A stretch of DNA of 63,607 nt, the filler included, from Reclinomonas americana ATCC 50394 (taxonomy: Eukaryota): the NCBI GenBank assembly GCA_048213135.1. It is 52 parts of 52 records of this genome, joined end to end, with 100 filler letters (N's around TTAATTAATTAA, not from the genome) between each part and the next. Parts side by side here need not be neighbours in the genome. Positions count along the whole stretch, not along the records: positions 38,051 to 39,174 come from AFZH01026397.1; positions 39,275 to 40,398 come from AFZH01026398.1; positions 40,499 to 41,623 come from AFZH01026399.1; positions 41,724 to 42,845 come from AFZH01026400.1; positions 42,946 to 44,068 come from AFZH01026401.1; positions 44,169 to 45,291 come from AFZH01026402.1; positions 45,392 to 46,512 come from AFZH01026403.1; positions 46,613 to 47,734 come from AFZH01026404.1; 44 more parts are not named here. One strand, given 5' to 3'. A program made the position numbers and the translations under genes. Below the pieces are notes generated by a model, which had not been told where the DNA came from, made no database searches, and saw nothing but the letters and a program-made list of their open reading frames with translations. Positions 38,051 through 50,278 of the stretch are shown piece by piece (the first letter of the stretch is position 1; every line of letters starts with the position of its first letter).

Positions 38051-39174
38051 CTCCAGCGAGTCGTGAGTCAACGGCGAACCAGGTGCCGACGAGCGCGGAG
38101 GTGAAGTGCTCTTCGCCGCCGCCGGTGCCGTCACCGACGACGACGACGACGACGACGAAAGCTGATACATCACACCGTGACCGACACGCTCGACAGTGGA
38201 CCGCTGGAAGGCCTCCGACGGCGGCGACAAGTCTTCATCGTCGACATGCGGCTCGCGATCCTCGTCGTCAAAGTCGTCCCGAGCTCCCTCCGGCCGGTGA
38301 AATGTCGGGCCCACATGGACCGCCATGCGCGGATCACGGTGCAGCATGGACTCGGTGACAGTCGTAGTGGTGGTAGTCGTCACAGAGCTAACGTTGGCGT
38401 CGCGTGGAGAGCGTGGTGCGGGCGAGGTGCCGCGCGAAATTAAAGGGCGATCCAGCGGCGTCGCCTCCACCACCAATGCCACCGGACTCGACTGCACCGC
38501 CGACAGGTCCACATAGGCCACTGGAACTTGCTGCTGTTGCTGCTGCGGTAGGAAACTGCGCCAGCTGGCATCGAGGGACGGAGCATTGTGGAAGACCTCA
38601 GCAGGAGCCGGGCGCTGCTGATGGCCAGCACCAGCACCACCACCGACTCGTCGCCGCAGGTCCGCATCAGCCAACTGCCGCTTCCGCTCGAACTGCTCCG
38701 AATACGCTGGACCCACGTACAGCGCACCCGTTGATAGACCAGGCGACGGGGGTGCAGTGACAGACGACGTGGCGCTGACATGCGACGCATACCCCGCTGC
38801 AGTCGTGCCCGGCGACCGCGGATGTGGCGCCAGACGCATGCTGGCGTACCTGTGTGCGTATCACTGTCGGAAAAGAGCAACAGCGAGGTGTGTCACACAA
38901 CAAAGCACACAAGCGCAACGTTCCGGGGCTGGCTGCCAGCAGTTTGTGTGGCGGCAGGTCAGCTGTGCGAACCCGCGGTCCGTACGGGTCGGGACCTGGT
39001 GACGACGGCAGCGCGGCCGATGGTGGTGGTGGCGATCGGGCGGGCACACCAAAGGTCACTGATGCCGGCGTCGCTGCTGCCGAGGTGGTGGTGGTGTGCG
39101 CGTGCACGGGCGGATAGTGAACGTGATGGCCGGAGCGATTCGGCGCCGGTCGCTGCGGTGTAATGGGCGTTCGC
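38051..39174 (-). CDS. Low-complexity Ser/Pro/Thr-rich protein, two exons (intron 38850-38919); haplotype A
   Basis: Open frames on both sides of a frame-consistent intron. A near-identical copy lies at 39275-40398. Confidence 0.55.
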
Positions 39175-39274
39175 NNNNNNNNNNNNNNNNNNNNNNNNNN
39201 NNNNNNNNNNNNNNNNNNTTAATTAATTAANNNNNNNNNNNNNNNNNNNNNNNNNNNNNNNNNNNNNNNNNNNN

Positions 39275-40398
39275 TTCCAGCGAGTCGTGAGCCAACGGCG
39301 AACCAGGTGCCGACGAGCGCGGAGGTGAAGTGCTCTTCGCCGCCGCAGGTGCCGTCACCGACGACGACGACGACGACGACGAAAGCTGATACATCACACC
39401 GTGACCGACACGCTCGACAGTGGACCGCTGGAAGGCCTCCGACGGCGGCGACAAGTCTTCATCGTCGACATGCGGCTCGCGATCCTCGTCGTCAAAGTCG
39501 TCCCGAGCTCCCTCCGGCCGGTGAAATGTCGGGCCCACATGGACCGCCATGCGCGGATCACGGTGCAGCATGGACTCGGTGACAGTCGTAGTGGTGGTAG
39601 TCGTCACAGAGCTAACGTTGGCGTCGCGTGGAGAGCGTGGTGCGGGCGAGGTGCCGCGCGAAATAAAAGGGCGATCCAGCGGCGTCGCCTCCACCACCAA
39701 TGCCACCGGACTCGACTGCACCGCCGACAGGTCCACATAGGCCACTGGAACTTGCTGCTGCTGCTGCTGCGGCAGGAAACTGCGCCAGCTCGCATCGAGG
39801 GACGGAGCATTGTGGAAGACCTCAGCAGGAGCCGGGCGCTGCTGATGGCCAGCACCAGCACCACCACCGACTCGTCGCCGCAGGTCCGCATCAGCCAACT
39901 GCCGCTTCCGCTCGAACTGCTCCGAATACGCTGGACCCACGTACAGCGCACCCGTCGATAGACCAGGCGACGGGGGTGCAGTGACAGACGACGTGGCGCT
40001 GACATGCGACGCATACCCCGCTGCAGTCGTGCCCGGCGACCGCGGATGTGGCGCCAGACGCATGCTGGCGTACCTGTGTGCGTATCACCGTCGGCAAAGA
40101 GCACCAGTGAGGTGTGTCACACAACACAGCACAAAAGCGCAACGTTCCGGGGCTGGCTGCCAGCAGTTTGTGTGGTGGCAGGTCAGCTGTGCGAACCCGA
40201 GGTCCGTACGGGTCGGGACCAGGTGACGACGGCAGCGCGGCCGATGGTGGTGGTGGCGATCGGGCGGGCACACCAAAGGTCACTGATGCCGGCGTCGCTG
40301 CTGCTGAGGAGGTGGTGGTGTGCGCATGCACGGGCGGATAGTGAACGTGATGGCCGGAGCGATTCGGCGCCGGTCGCTGCGGTGTAATGGGCGTTCGT
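39275..40398 (-). repeat. Near-identical copy (allelic haplotig) of contig 38051-39174
   Basis: Colinear over the full length with the same ends. Differences are mostly synonymous or intronic. Confidence 0.92.
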
Positions 40399-41723
40399 NN
40401 NNNNNNNNNNNNNNNNNNNNNNNNNNNNNNNNNNNNNNNNNNTTAATTAATTAANNNNNNNNNNNNNNNNNNNNNNNNNNNNNNNNNNNNNNNNNNNNAG
40501 GAGGGGGAAGGGTGGGGAAGAGGGGAAGGGTGGGAAAGGGAGAGGGTGGGGGAAAAAAGGCAAGAAGAAGGATGATATTCTACATGTGAGTGTGCGTGAG
40601 AGGAGAGAGAAGCTAGGAACAGGACTATTGCAGATCTTGGTGTCCCTGATATGTCGACTGATTTCCTCAGCAGTAAGCGCACAGTGATTAGTGAGTGATT
40701 GAGGCATCGCCCAGTACCTGTTCTGTTTTGTACGACAGTGGGCGCAACTTTCTCTACGTGAACGCGCGAACCGGACTCGTTATGTGCGTACTCACGTTCT
40801 CCTCCACTCACTCGCAGGTTTTTCTCACTGGATTCGAGACGATGGTGAGCAGGAAGCGCACGATTGTTGACTTGTTGCTATTGTGGTGGTGTTCCTCATG
40901 CATTCGCACTGCAGCGTGAAGGATGCAATCTAAACATCTCCGTGTACGAAGCCAATGTGGCAGTGGGTTCGTTTGATGCGTGTGCCTTGGCGTTCAGGGG
41001 GACCAGCTGTTGCGTGCGCATGCAAAAGTCTGCGGTTTGCCAATTGTTGGCACTCACTCGTCTCCCACAGTCAACGCTGTGTACATAACGTGGATCGCAC
41101 TCGGATATTAGAGAAGGAGTTGGGGGAAGGGAAAGGATAATAAGGTGACAGAAGTGTGCATAAAATGCAGCAAATGCTGGTGGGAGACTCCGAGTGTGCG
41201 TTTTGTCACTGCGATCACTGTACATAACGACAACAACAAACGCTCCGTCAATTGTCGCCGTCGCCTTCAACCCTCAGTCCTCTTGTTTCTCACTGTGTGG
41301 CCAGCGGTCAGTGAGTGTATTGTCTGCCACAGTATTGGAATCACTGCTGCTGCAACAATGACAACAACTGCACCTACCATCTGCTCAAGCCACCACCGAT
41401 ATGAGCCTCACCAACAACATGACAAGCTCTCTTCTGTTTCAACCACGCCACCAACGTACGATCGCGACACCACCACTGTTTGCTTTTGCTTTGCCTGCTT
41501 CACGGATCCGGACCCGGCTTTGCTTTGTTTGCCTGGCTTATGGCCTTTTCCCGAATTCAATGTGCCGTGTATAATCGCAGAAAACGCTATGCGTCTATGC
41601 AAGTGCGTCAAATCCACGCTTATNNNNNNNNNNNNNNNNNNNNNNNNNNNNNNNNNNNNNNNNNNNNTTAATTAATTAANNNNNNNNNNNNNNNNNNNNN
41701 NNNNNNNNNNNNNNNNNNNNNNN

Positions 41724-42017
41724 GGCAACTCGAATCCGCGGGGGCAGAGCTTTCCCAAGATGACCGAATCGATGCACGCGAGGATGATCGCCTACCGCCT
41801 GCTTTCTGAGACGCCGGAGCCGGACCTCGCCGACGCAGACCGGCAACGGTTCGCCACTCTCGCCGACGTCGAGGATAAACGCTACGCAGGCTCCCTGGTC
41901 GGCGTTCTCACCCACCGAGGTGCATCGTGGGGGACGCGCCTGCGCGCCGCCTCGATGACGTCGCCGCTGCTCTTCGCTGTGCGGACACGGCTGTTCAAGC
42001 TCTTCTCGGGGTGGTGA
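41724..42017 (+). CDS. 3' end of a bacterial gene, probably a glycosyltransferase of a polysaccharide locus
   Basis: High-GC ORF ending ...AVRTRLFKLFSGW, directly upstream of a Wzy/WaaL-like gene. Confidence 0.4.
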   Translation, partial: GNSNPRGQSFPKMTESMHARMIAYRLLSETPEPDLADADRQRFATLADVEDKRYAGSLVGVLTHRGASWGTRLRAASMTSPLLFAVRTRLFKLFSGW

Positions 42018-42081
42018 GATGGCTCGGCTCACCAAACGGGGCCACCGGATCCGACGAAGACCGCCAATCTAGGATGAAACC

Positions 42082-42845
42082 ATGAAGTTCACGCCGCTCG
42101 CACCCCTCAACAAGGTGGGGCGTGTCGCGCGGGCGCTGGTTCTGGTGGCGTTGCTGATCGGCAGCCTGTTTCCGACGGTCGGCGGGGTCAGCGTCACCGC
42201 CGTCGCCTCGATCGCAGCGCTCGCTTTGATCATCTACGAACTCGGGCGCTGGATTCCGAAGATCCACCCCGTGCTCGTCGTGCTTCCGATCTTCGGAATT
42301 CTCGTGCTTCACATGGTCTCGATCCCACCGCTCACCTCGTATGGCGCGGAGAAGATGGAGACGTGGTATACCGCTACCCTGCTGACCGCCCTCTCCGCCT
42401 GCCTCCTCCGCGATGAACGGGCTCTCCTGACGTTCTGTCGCGCCTGGCTCGTCGCTTCCGGCCTTCTTGCCGTCATCACGATCCTCGGGTTCCAAGGTGG
42501 TCGGGCCGACGGCTTCGACTCGAATCCGATCTGGCTCGCCCGGGCCATGGCGACCGGTATCGTCATGTCGCTCTTCCTCGTCATGCAGCGCGACATCAAG
42601 GCCTGGGTGTTCCTCGGAATATCGGCCCTCCTGGTCGCGGGAATCTTCGCCACGGGCTCTCGAGGCCCGATCCTTGCCGTCGGTATCGGTGCGATCGCCC
42701 TGGTGATGTTCACCAGGCGCCACCGTGTCCGCCGGATTCTCGGCGTCGCGATCGGTGCCGGTGCCGCGTACTGGGCTGTGACGACCCTGCCATTCTTCGC
42801 CGACAGCCGGATCAACACGCTGCTCACGGACGGAGACACCGACCT
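42082..42845 (+). CDS. O-antigen ligase/polymerase (Wzy_C) family membrane protein, partial
   Basis: Multi-TM ORF with GRADGFDSNPIWLA and IFATGSRGPILA motifs. AGGA RBS upstream. Confidence 0.8.
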
Positions 42846-43057
42846 NNNNNNNNNNNNNNNNNNNNNNNNNNNNNNNNNNNNNNNNNNNNTTAATTAATTA
42901 ANNNNNNNNNNNNNNNNNNNNNNNNNNNNNNNNNNNNNNNNNNNNAGAGAGAGAGAGAGTGAAAGAGAGCAGTAAGTAAAACTGGACCGCCAAGGAAGAG
43001 TACAACAATACAGGCCAACAGAGAGACGTCGAGTAAGTGAGCAGTAGGGCGCGCAAC

Positions 43058-44068
43058 TTTTGCTCCGTCGCGCAGCGCTCGTCGTAGGTAATCTCGATTT
43101 CCTTGGCGCCCTCGAAGACAACGGCCCAGTCCTTGTCAAGGCTGTTCGGGTACCTGTTGTTGTGCGCACATCGCGTGTCAAGTGTCGATCATCACGCCGA
43201 GGAGCTGTCAAATCGCAAACGACACGCAACGGGTGCTCGGTCTCAATCACTTCGACCATCTCCTCCATACCGCCCAGCTGCCACACCGAGGTGACGGCCA
43301 GCAAGTGCGACTGCAGCAGCGAGAAGGTCATCTTGATGAGGAAGGCAAACAACTCGCCATCGGCCGTGTTGCCCGATGCGGACGCCCTGCACCAGCATCT
43401 CACGTAAGCATCGATTTGTGACCAAGAAGACGCAGCACGGGGGAACGAAATCGCAACGTGCGCAAGCTCTTTGTTTGGTGATCCAGCAGATTGACCAGGG
43501 TGGTCACCGTGGCCGAGCTGACGTGAAGGCAGAAGGGACGGAAGATGGAGAACTGGTCGGCGGCGCCACCAGAGAGAGTCGCCAGGGAGGAGCGGGCTGC
43601 GAGAGGAAGCAATGAGCACAAGGAAGCAATCGACAGAGGGATGAGTCGTCGTCGTCCACTCACCCAACAACAACTTCGCCACATCGACAGCGCGCAGGGA
43701 GCTGCTGCGATCCGACAAGTCGGCGGCGACGTTGCGGGCGGCCGACGTGGCCTCGTTGAGACGCACACGGCCGGACTCGAGATCCGCCAGACGCTTGCGC
43801 ACGTCAGTAATGACAATGGCAAACACCTCGAACGGGTACTCGGCTGCCGCGCGCGCGAATACAATGAGCACAACGGCAAGACAAAGAAAGAAGACGCGAT
43901 CGACGAGCACGCACAAGAGTCGGCTTCGCCGAGCAGGCGCAGCACCAGCGACAGGGCCAGTGAGAACGAGCCGCGCGCGTGCAAGAGCGCCAACAGCAGG
44001 CGCATCACAGTGTTGCGACCGATCTTGGCCGAGATGTCGGCACGATCGCTCAGCAGCGCCTCGGTCAG
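43058..44068 (-). CDS. Fragment of a large multi-exon protein with an ExxHPY-type CUB-like beta domain
   Basis: The spliced product reads IETEHP|YPNSLDKDWAVVFEGAKEIEITYDERCATEQ, a domain seen in large HECT/ZZEF1-like proteins. Confidence 0.55.
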
Positions 44069-45419
44069 NNNNNNNNNNNNNNNNNNNNNNNNNNNNNNNN
44101 NNNNNNNNNNNNTTAATTAATTAANNNNNNNNNNNNNNNNNNNNNNNNNNNNNNNNNNNNNNNNNNNNCGAGCAGAATGAGGAACGGGTGCGGAGCAACA
44201 GCATGACTACGCTAGCGCTGTGTCTGTGCACTGCGGTGCCGTGCCAGTCTCGATGGTATGTCGCCTGCAGATCAGCGTGCTCTCGCTTGCGAGTCGATGT
44301 TGACCCTCCGTATAGCACAGCTCTCGAGCCTTGCACTTGCATCAACTTACCCACATTCACTCCGCATCGTCGCTGGTGTGGCTGTCTTTCTTGCCGCATT
44401 CCGCATCACACAAGTCAGCTGCTGGTGCACGTGGATTGTGGAGACCGCTGGATCGGCTTGGTCAATCGCTGCCTTCTGTGCTCGACTTTCTTCTTGGGAT
44501 GATGTTGAGTGTGAGTGCTACACGGCTTCGCCAAGACACTGTCGGCATAGTGCGCGTGGCGCTGACAATCGACTGCCCACCCGATGCGCGTTGCTGACGA
44601 TCGCGACGACGTCGTGGTGTCAGTGCAGTGCGTGGTCGGCCACCGACGGCAATGTGGATGTCGAACTCTGGTGAAGAATGCGTGGACGGGAGCGTCGGCC
44701 GACACTGTCGATGGTGCTCTGGCCGCCTGGCGCATGCTCCCAGGATTCTTGCTGGTGGTGTTGACGACGGACTGATCGGTGCTGTCATCACGTTTCCACA
44801 CAATAACGGATATGTTCCACCGCTGCAACAAGGTTTCGCTAGCGCAGCCGATGGCAGGTTCGGCTTACAGCCATCCAGCAGTGTGGGTGGCAGCTCACCG
44901 TATTCACCACGACTGTTGCCACGACTGGCCCTGCGTGAGCAACTTCAACACGGAGCAGCTGTCGACGACTGCAGTTTGCGTCAACGGCATGCCTGCTCCG
45001 TGCAAGTGTTGCAGTTGCGCCCGGTGTGTGAGCGGAGTCCGGCATCATGGTCGACTTGGCAGCGACCCGAGACGCGACATCCAATGTTCGCGGATTTCGA
45101 CACTCCGCACACCTAACCAGCGGTGGTATTCATCGCGCCGTGTGACGCGACGGGTGTTTGCGATGCTGGCGCCAGCGGGTTGCGTTCAGCTATGTGGCTG
45201 ATCGTGCTGTGCTTGCTGTGCCACGTGCACATCTTGCTGTTTGATACACGAGTGTGTGCCTCAATGATTTTGCAGCAAGTAAATGTGTCGTNNNNNNNNN
45301 NNNNNNNNNNNNNNNNNNNNNNNNNNNNNNNNNNNTTAATTAATTAANNNNNNNNNNNNNNNNNNNNNNNNNNNNNNNNNNNNNNNNNNNNGGACGATAA
45401 GTAGTAGTGCGCTTCCTTC

Positions 45420-45455
<36 letters not shown>

Positions 45456-46821
45456 ATTCGCAGATGATGTTCTCGAGTTCTCTCCACCAACATTCACAGA
45501 TGATGTTCTCTCTCCATTTCTCACCCCACACTGTCGCCAATGACCAGACGTATCCCAGAATGAATGAGAGATATTCTCCACGCTCCCAGCTATCCTCTTT
45601 CCCACTCTTTCTCTCTCTCTCTCTCTGAATTCCCGTGTATCACGCTCATCATCCAAGCACGCCGTTCAACAGAGAAGACACACCATGAAATGTGATCAAG
45701 AACAGTGGGAAAGAGAGATTGTGGTGGTGGAAGAGAGACAGAGGGGAGAAGGAACATTGGGTGTGGACGGATGGATGGATACAAGAGAGAAACACAGAGA
45801 TGACGAAATGAGACGAACAAAGAGCAGCAGAAACGAGAAAAAACGAAAGCATGAGTACACGAGAGCGACGGTGATGAGAAAAAGAGAGACAATCAGACAC
45901 CGATGGATGATGCAGAAATATGCATGACAAACCACGCAAAAATGAGCAAGAATACGCGCACATAGACGACGCTTACACTCCCAAGAACACGGAGGTGAGA
46001 GTCGATGACGAGAACCAGGGAAAGAGAGGCAATAATAGAAAGACGGGAAGGAGAATGCAACGGATGGAAATGGAGGGAGATACAAGATGTTGCTTCCTCA
46101 CGCAAGGAGACAGAGAGGAGGGGGGGGGGGGGGGGGCGGGGATGCAGGAGGAGACAGAAGGGATGAGAGGGGAAGGAGAAGGAAAAAAGGACAGGATGTC
46201 AGCACGATATGCACGGGGATGGAGACGGTGAAGGCGATATACAAAAGAGACGAATCAACGGCACGTTCACTTGCGTACACGCGACAGCAAGCATTTGACA
46301 ATGACGAAGGAAAGAAAAAAAGATGAGGGAGGGAGAGGGAGAGAGGGAGAGGGAGATGGTGGAGAAGGAGACGCACGTGTGCGGGCTCAGGCAGTACCAC
46401 AGATGAGGTGAAAAGAGAAGGAGAGCGGAGAGAGAGAGGGGAACCCTACAAGAACAAGCCTGACAGAGAGCAGCTCCACGCGACAAGCATGTGTGTGGCA
46501 ATGGTGATCCGCNNNNNNNNNNNNNNNNNNNNNNNNNNNNNNNNNNNNNNNNNNNNTTAATTAATTAANNNNNNNNNNNNNNNNNNNNNNNNNNNNNNNN
46601 NNNNNNNNNNNNAGAGAGAGAGAGAGAGAGGAGACGAGGGAAGAGGGAAGCGAGAAAAGGGAAGGAAGGAAAGATGCAAATGAAACAGACAAGAGAAAAA
46701 GGAAGAGGGGCGACCGAGATGAAGAACAAAAAACGGAACACAACAGAAAGAGAGCACACAGAACAACAAAGACATCTTGCAACACATGCAACGACAAGAA
46801 CGGACTGCTACCAACACTCAC

Positions 46822-47734
46822 CCCACGTGGCGTTGCGGATGAGGGTCGGCTCGTTTGTGGTGGTGAGGATGTCGCAAATCGGGTCCAGCGCACCCATGTG
46901 AAGTACCATGTTGCGGTTGTCCACCGAATCACCGGCCACGTTGCCTGTGTGCGCGCATGGGGAAGTGAGTGACGATGATATTAATGAAGAGGAAAACAGC
47001 ACGTGGCGACTCACCAATGGCCCACACGCACTGCTCCTTCACATCGTTGGAGGGTGATCGGAGCAGGCGGATGAGGTGCGGCACGGCACCAGCAGCCACC
47101 ACTTCCCGAGTGTGGATCGACTTGCCCGAGGCGATGTTGGTCAGGCTCCACGCACTGCACGAGGAAATGAGACGAGGGAGCAGGGGCGGAGAAGAGCAGC
47201 CAAGACAGAGAGACGCAACGCTTCAAACTGCAGCTTGAGGTTGCCATCGGCCTGCAGGAACTCGACAAACTTTGGCAGCACACCACACGCAATGACCTCG
47301 TCAATCGGTGGCTCCTTCTCCAGCGACAGCAGGCGGCGGAACTCGGTCGTGGCGGCCACAGCGGCCTCCAGATCCGTGCCAAAGACGGCGTCACGCAGCT
47401 CACCAAGAGCGGCCATCTGAGGAGGAGAAGGAGATGAGTGAAGGGGAAGGCGGACTGTGAGAGAGAGAGGGCTAGGCGATGACTTAAGTGCCGCCTAATG
47501 CAGTTCAGGTGACGACTAAGGCGACAACTTAGCCGTGCGTGGAGAGAGAGAGAGAGAGAGAGAGTGTCATTGTACGCAACAGCCGACTGGACGCTTGCCT
47601 GATCCAGCTCATCGGCGGTTCCTCGGCGCTTCTTCGCAATCCACTCGTCCTTCTTGGACTTGCGCAGCTCAACGTTGCCGTCCTGTCGTCGGCGACGGTT
47701 GGCATCCTTATCAATGCCCTTCTTGTAGTCCTGC
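46822..47734 (-). CDS. KPNA: Importin-alpha (karyopherin alpha), IBB domain and first ARM repeats, 4 exons
   Basis: YKKGID...[16 protein letters not shown]...[57 protein letters not shown]. Confidence 0.96.
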
Positions 47735-49056
47735 NNNNNNNNNNNNNNNNNNNNNNNNNNNNNNNNNNNNNNNNNNNNTTAATTAATTAANNNNNNNNNN
47801 NNNNNNNNNNNNNNNNNNNNNNNNNNNNNNNNNNCAAGAGAGAGTCGTTGCAGGACCAAAACAGGACGAAAGAGATCTCTGCCAGCCCGCCTGCTTGCCA
47901 GTCTGCGCCTGCTTGCAGCAAAAGACACGCATGCTACGAGTGTGCTGCGAGGTACGCGCAACTGCAAAGCGCGCAACGTCGACACAATTTCTTTCAGTAT
48001 TGAAAATTCAGCTGCTGACCGAGAGCACCGCCTGCCCAGCTTGCCCACAAGGTGCCATAGTGTTGATAGAAGAAGAGACGCACGCTACACGTGTGCTATA
48101 AGGTTTGCGCAATTAGCGATGGCAACGTCGGCACATTTGACAATATCTTTCTTTGCAATTCAGCTGCTGACCGAGATATCCACCTGCCCCCGTGCTTGAT
48201 AAATAGTACCATTGTGTGTGCATAGAAGGCACGCATGTTATGAGTGCGTTGCAAGCACGCGACGTCGACATGACAACGTCGCGACATTTGCCAATTTCTT
48301 GCTCGCTTTGCAAATCAACAGCTGACTGTGCACACAATGCCTCTTCGCCTCTCACAATAGTGCTCTACGCACCAAAAAAAGGGAAAAAGAAAAGTCACCT
48401 GTTTCATTGGCGTTTTCGCGCGCAATCCACGAGTCGACCGTTACAAATTTGTCTTTTTTATTGTTTTTTGTGAGAAAGAGCAAGAGAGAGGGAGAGAATG
48501 TCGTCTGCTGGTGCTTTGCGATGGGAGGATCTGCGTGACGCGTGCAGGGTGTTGCAGCTGCGACGCAGTTCGGGCACGAAGCAGTCGTTTGCGCGCGCGC
48601 TTTATGATCATTTTGCGGGTGAAGAGTTTGAGTCGCCTGCGCAGGTGTGTGTGTGTGTGTGTTTGTGTTGATGAGCGTGAGGGGCAGAGTGGAGAGATGA
48701 AGGGGAGTGTGAGAGAGAGAGAGAGTGAGAGAAAGTATGCAATTGGATTGGCACAGTTGTCTCTCTTTGTTCTCGTTTCTCTCTCTCTCCCCCTTGCTTT
48801 CTCTCTCTCTCAGTTGCAGAGACACTAGCAATGCTCTGTTCTCTCTGCTTCCTGCTGATTCATTTCGCTCTTTTCTTCATCTCTCTTTTCTCACTCGCGC
48901 TGTCTCTCTTCTCCCTCAGCTCTTCTTCTTCTTCCTCTCCCTCTCCCTCTCCCTCTNNNNNNNNNNNNNNNNNNNNNNNNNNNNNNNNNNNNNNNNNNNN
49001 TTAATTAATTAANNNNNNNNNNNNNNNNNNNNNNNNNNNNNNNNNNNNNNNNNNNN

Positions 49057-50178
49057 TCAAACATGACCGTGCAGAATCAAGTGAGATCCATCTTTGAATT
49101 AGAGACTATTATATTTTGATGAGAGTGGAGGGAGGTATTCATGATACACTGTCTATCAAGCGCACTCCACACACACTATGTGACGGATGAGCCCCTCTTT
49201 CAACGCACTCTCAAAAATCTAATCAAACATGACCGTGCAAGATCAAGTGAGATTTATCTTTGAATAAGAGACTATTATATTTTGATGAGAGTGGAGGGAG
49301 GCATTCTTGATACACTGTCTACTGAGTGCACTCCACACACACTATGTGACGGATGAGTCCCTCTTTCAACACACTCTCTAAAATCTAATCAAACATGACC
49401 GTGCAGAATCAAGTGGGATTTATCTTTGAATAAGGGACTATTATATTTTAATGAGAGTGGAGGGAGGTATTCATGATACACTGTCTGCTGAGTGCACTCC
49501 ACACACACTATGTGACGGATGAGCCCCTCTTTCAACACACTCTCAAAAAACTAATCAAACAAGACCGTGCAGAATTGAGTGAGATATATCCTTGAATAAG
49601 AGACTATTATATTCTGATGAGAGTGGAGGGAGGTATTCATGATACACTGTCTGCTGAGTGCACTCCACACACACTATGTGACGGATGACCCCCTCTTTCA
49701 ACACACTCTCAGAAATCTAATCGAACATGACCGTGCAGAATTGAGTGAGATTTATCTTTGAATAAGAAACTATTATATTTTGATGAGAGTGGAGGGAGGT
49801 ATTCATGATACACTGTCTGCTGAGCGCACTCCACACACACTACATGACGGATGAGCCCCTCTTTTAACACACTCTCAAAAATATAATCAAGCAACACCGT
49901 GCAGAATTGAGTGAGATTACTCTTTGAATAAGGGACTATTATATTTTGATGAGAGTGGAGGGAGGTATTCATGATACACTGTCTGCTGAGTGCACTCCAC
50001 ACACACTATGTGACGGATGAGCCCCTCTTTCAACACACTCTCAAGAATCTAATCAAGCAACACCGTGCAGAATTGAGTGAGATTACTCTTTGAATAAAAG
50101 ACTATTATATTCTGATGAGAGTGGAGGGAGATATTCATGATACACTGTCTACTGAGTGCACTCTACACACACACTATG
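49057..50178. repeat. Tandem satellite, 166-bp unit, ~6.75 copies filling the contig
   Basis: Units start at 49057, 49223, 49389, 49555, 49721, 49887 and 50053, exactly 166 apart, and differ almost only by substitutions. Confidence 0.96.
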
Positions 50179-50278
50179 NNNNNNNNNNNNNNNNNNNNNN
50201 NNNNNNNNNNNNNNNNNNNNNNTTAATTAATTAANNNNNNNNNNNNNNNNNNNNNNNNNNNNNNNNNNNNNNNNNNNN

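Noticed and set aside
44169..45291. Coding-like sequence in several contigs (also 1-1132, 6156-7284, 28249-30601, 31927-33051, 35602-36724, 55164-56285, 60050-62388)
   Set aside because: Probably exon fragments, but I recognised no family motif, so no product is called.
45445..45520. Short tandem duplications (here ~36 bp; also ~58426-58548)
   Set aside because: Two-copy local slippage in low-complexity non-coding DNA with no sign of function.
49057..50178. Satellite as a CRISPR array or hammerhead-ribozyme (retrozyme) repeat
   Set aside because: There are no unique spacers. CTGATGAG occurs in only two units and lacks a downstream GAAA core after a stem.
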